Source: Macrostomum lignano
Lineage: Eukaryota
Assembly: GCA_002269645.1 (NCBI GenBank)
Contig: NIVC01001322.1
Coordinates: forward strand, 148,598 to 212,597
Direction of reading: 5' to 3'
DNA: 64,000 nucleotides
The notes under the pieces were generated by a model that searched no databases, was not told the DNA's origin, and saw only the letters and a program-made list of their open reading frames with translations. A program made the position numbers and the translations under genes. Shown here one piece after another: positions 61,366 through 64,000 of the stretch (its first letter is position 1; each line of letters begins with the position of its first letter).

Positions 61366-62837
61366 ATGCATCTGGTGCGTCTAGTACTTCTGCTGGTCCT
61401 ACCATCGTGTATTTCAGTTTTTCCTAGCGTTGTCGCATCGTCCTCGGGCCAGCTGGGGCCGAAGAACACCATCTACGATGGCCTACTGGCTTATTTATTT
61501 GAAAACGAGACAACGCCGTACAAGGCGAACGCTATGCCAATCTGCGAGCTGGGAAAGAAGCTGAAGATTCAACAGGATATGCTGCTTATTCAGCTGTTCG
61601 ATCTTGACGAACCAACCCAGATGCTCACGGTTGACGTCTGGGTTGAATCGACATGGAAAGACTGTCGGCTGACATGGGATCCGAAGCGCTTTAACAATAT
61701 TGATAACTTTGTCATCAAGGCGGAGGAGATCTGGTACCCCGATCTTATATTCTACGAGTCTCTGCACGGAAACTTCGAAGAGGGCATGTTCATCTACGGC
61801 GAGTCCAAGGCCAGAATCTTTAGCGATGGCTCCATTCAGCTAGGAGCTCAGGCTGTGTTCAAGTCTTTCTGTCGGATCAACATAGCACAGTTTCCGTACG
61901 ATAGACAGCGCTGCAACATCACGTTCAGTTCTTGGACGAAGGATACCAGTAATTTCTTGCTTGTCAAGAAAGAAGAAGCGCCCGGCAAAAAAGAAGATCA
62001 TGCTTTTGTCAGTGCCAGCAACGGTGAGTGGATGGTGGAGGGTTTCCCGTCCTTCGATCGCGTAGCGGACAGAAAAGTCGGTCTCGATGAAGCTTCTGGT
62101 CGTTCGAGACAATATAGCGAGGTTGCTTTCCAACTGCGGCTCAAGCGAAAGTACATGTTCCAGCAGGTCTATATGCTGTTCCCGTGCATGCTGCTCACTT
62201 GGCTGACGCTATTCGTCTTTATCATGCCAACCGAGTGCGGCGAGAAGATAGCTTACGTCACCACTATTCTACTGTCGTTGATGGTTTTCCTATTGATGGT
62301 GTCGGACAACATTCCCCGATCAGGCGACGCTGTACCGGTGCTAGGAATCTACTTCTGCATAGCCATAGCACTAGTGAGCCTCGCCAACATCAAGACTATA
62401 ATCAGCTACAACATATCGCTGAAGGGTAAGGACTTCTGCATGCCAGCCTGCTTCATTAAGATACTGGAAAGCGGCAAGTACGTCGGATTGCCGCTGACGC
62501 ATCACAATGAGGCCGCTGTCAAAGTCATCTCGTTCGCGATGAAGCCACGCAGGCCGGACAGAATCCGGTGACGCGTCACGAGGATTCCGAGGTGCCGCTG
62601 TCGACGACAAACCCAGAGAGTCATTTCGGACAGGACGAGAATAAATGGCGTTTTCTAGGAATCATTTTGGACAGAGTTTTTCTCATCATTTACTTTGTCT
62701 TGAATCTGGCTGTGTCAATATGGATTTTGACCAGAGCGACTAGAAGAATGAATTCGATTAGGTTTGAGCGACTGCTGCCGTGTTTCGATCTTCCAAATGT
62801 TGTCAAGTTGAACAAAAATTGTAAGTACGAGCTATGA
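61366..62837 (+). CDS. Intronless Cys-loop ligand-gated cation channel, non-alpha nAChR-like subunit (frame break in the M3-M4 loop, 62511-62570)
   Basis: Signal peptide, WKDCRLTWDP, IWYPD, Cys-loop CRINIAQFPYDRQRC, FSSWT, M1, M2 entry GEK, M3. M4 (KWRFLGIILDRVFL) lies in the -1 frame ORF 62568-62837. No vicinal Cys in loop C. Confidence 0.92.
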
Positions 62838-64000
62838 TTGCTTTTTTAGCTCCGGATTGAAAACTTCTGTAGCGTTTTCAAAGTAGCTTAAATTATTTTA
62901 CGTTGTTCATTTTATCACAATAAGTTTAAAATATTGCTTAGAAATTACATATGCATGTAAAAAACCCTTTTTGATTAATTTACCAATCTATTTTGTTTCT
63001 ATTCCTAAATTCTGTTTCAGTTTCTGATAATCAAACTTTAATAATTTCAACCTCGATCTATAGTTATCTTTCTTCATGTTCGCATCGCAAAGACGTGAAG
63101 AAGCCAGCTGAATTTCAACTTGTTTTACCTTTAGCACCCAGTTTTAAACTCGATTTGGCAAATACAAAATTACCAATTTGAGTTGATATAGCTAAGACTG
63201 GTTTCTATATGGCGTCTGACCATAAAAGTTGTTCATTTTTTCATTGCAAATTCCTTTTTTCGCAATCTTAATCATTTTTTCGATCTTTGTTATACACAGT
63301 TCTAGAGTCCATACATGTAGTCACCTAGTGCCACCTGCACAAGGTTCCGACGGCGCCAGGATGATCACCTATTGCTTGAGTTAAACTGTTGAAGATGTCC
63401 AGCAGTTTAGCTTAAATCAGAAAATTCCAACAGTCGCAATAATAGGGTGTTCATAAAGTCATCTGGTGCCACCTGTTGAAAGTCCAAAGACTGCCTAAAG
63501 TGAAAAATAGATCGAGGCCAGATGAGATGCTTCAGATTATCCAAGTGGTCAACGTGCTGATGAAATTTTGAAAGCTTGCATGGAAATGCCGCACTGAGGC
63601 GCAGTGCTGATTGGCGCGCAGGGGTGTACTGAACACAATAGCACTTACATGTACAGAAACAATCTGGCAGAATCGCTGAACAACCCGACGGTCTGGGGGG
63701 CTTTCGACTTGATGTTTGTCAGATTCTTGCTTAACTTTTTGTGCCTGTGTGTTGCTCCGTTCAAGCGCAGCAAAATCTAGTCAGGGTCAAGGCGATTAAG
63801 CTTCTACTGTTAACGATCATTCTCCGTTTCCAAAATGAAAGCAAACTAAAATCCAATTTTTTCGTGACATATAGAAAGAATAGCTACTAACGCCAGCAGC
63901 AACGAGTGCATACATAGCGTATTTAGCTAACAGTCAAATACAGTAAGTACACATCATCCTACACACACTATTTGCCCACTGAGGAGGATCGATCATCAAG

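Noticed and set aside
62230-62260. Flatworm anion-selective acetylcholine-gated channel
   Set aside because: The M2 entry is ECGEK with Glu at -1', the cation-selective pattern, not Pro-Ala.

Overview
Repeat-rich eukaryotic (metazoan) genomic DNA with GT-AG introns. The gene repertoire and minisatellite-filled introns suggest a free-living flatworm such as Macrostomum, but this is inference only. Host genes: two tandem secreted double-WSC genes (the first disrupted), an intronless Kv1/Shaker-like channel, a giant (at least 3,466 aa) low-complexity repeat protein on the minus strand, a six-exon VWA + DUF4537 (VWA3B-like) gene, a 15-exon divergent GABA-B-type class C GPCR, and an intronless non-alpha nAChR-like subunit. 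Mobile DNA: a very young full-length Ty3/Gypsy element (18375-27362; LTRs identical apart from one G, AAAT TSD, -1 frameshift signal, extra ORF3 of unknown function). Relics of Tc1, mariner, DIRS/Ngaro, Bel/Pao and Crypton-type elements are also present, plus a symmetric hairpin element sharing a motif with the Crypton relic. At least 12 unrelated tandem arrays occur. Several frame breaks are single-base homopolymer deletions and may be long-read errors. All calls were made by eye; no database search was run.
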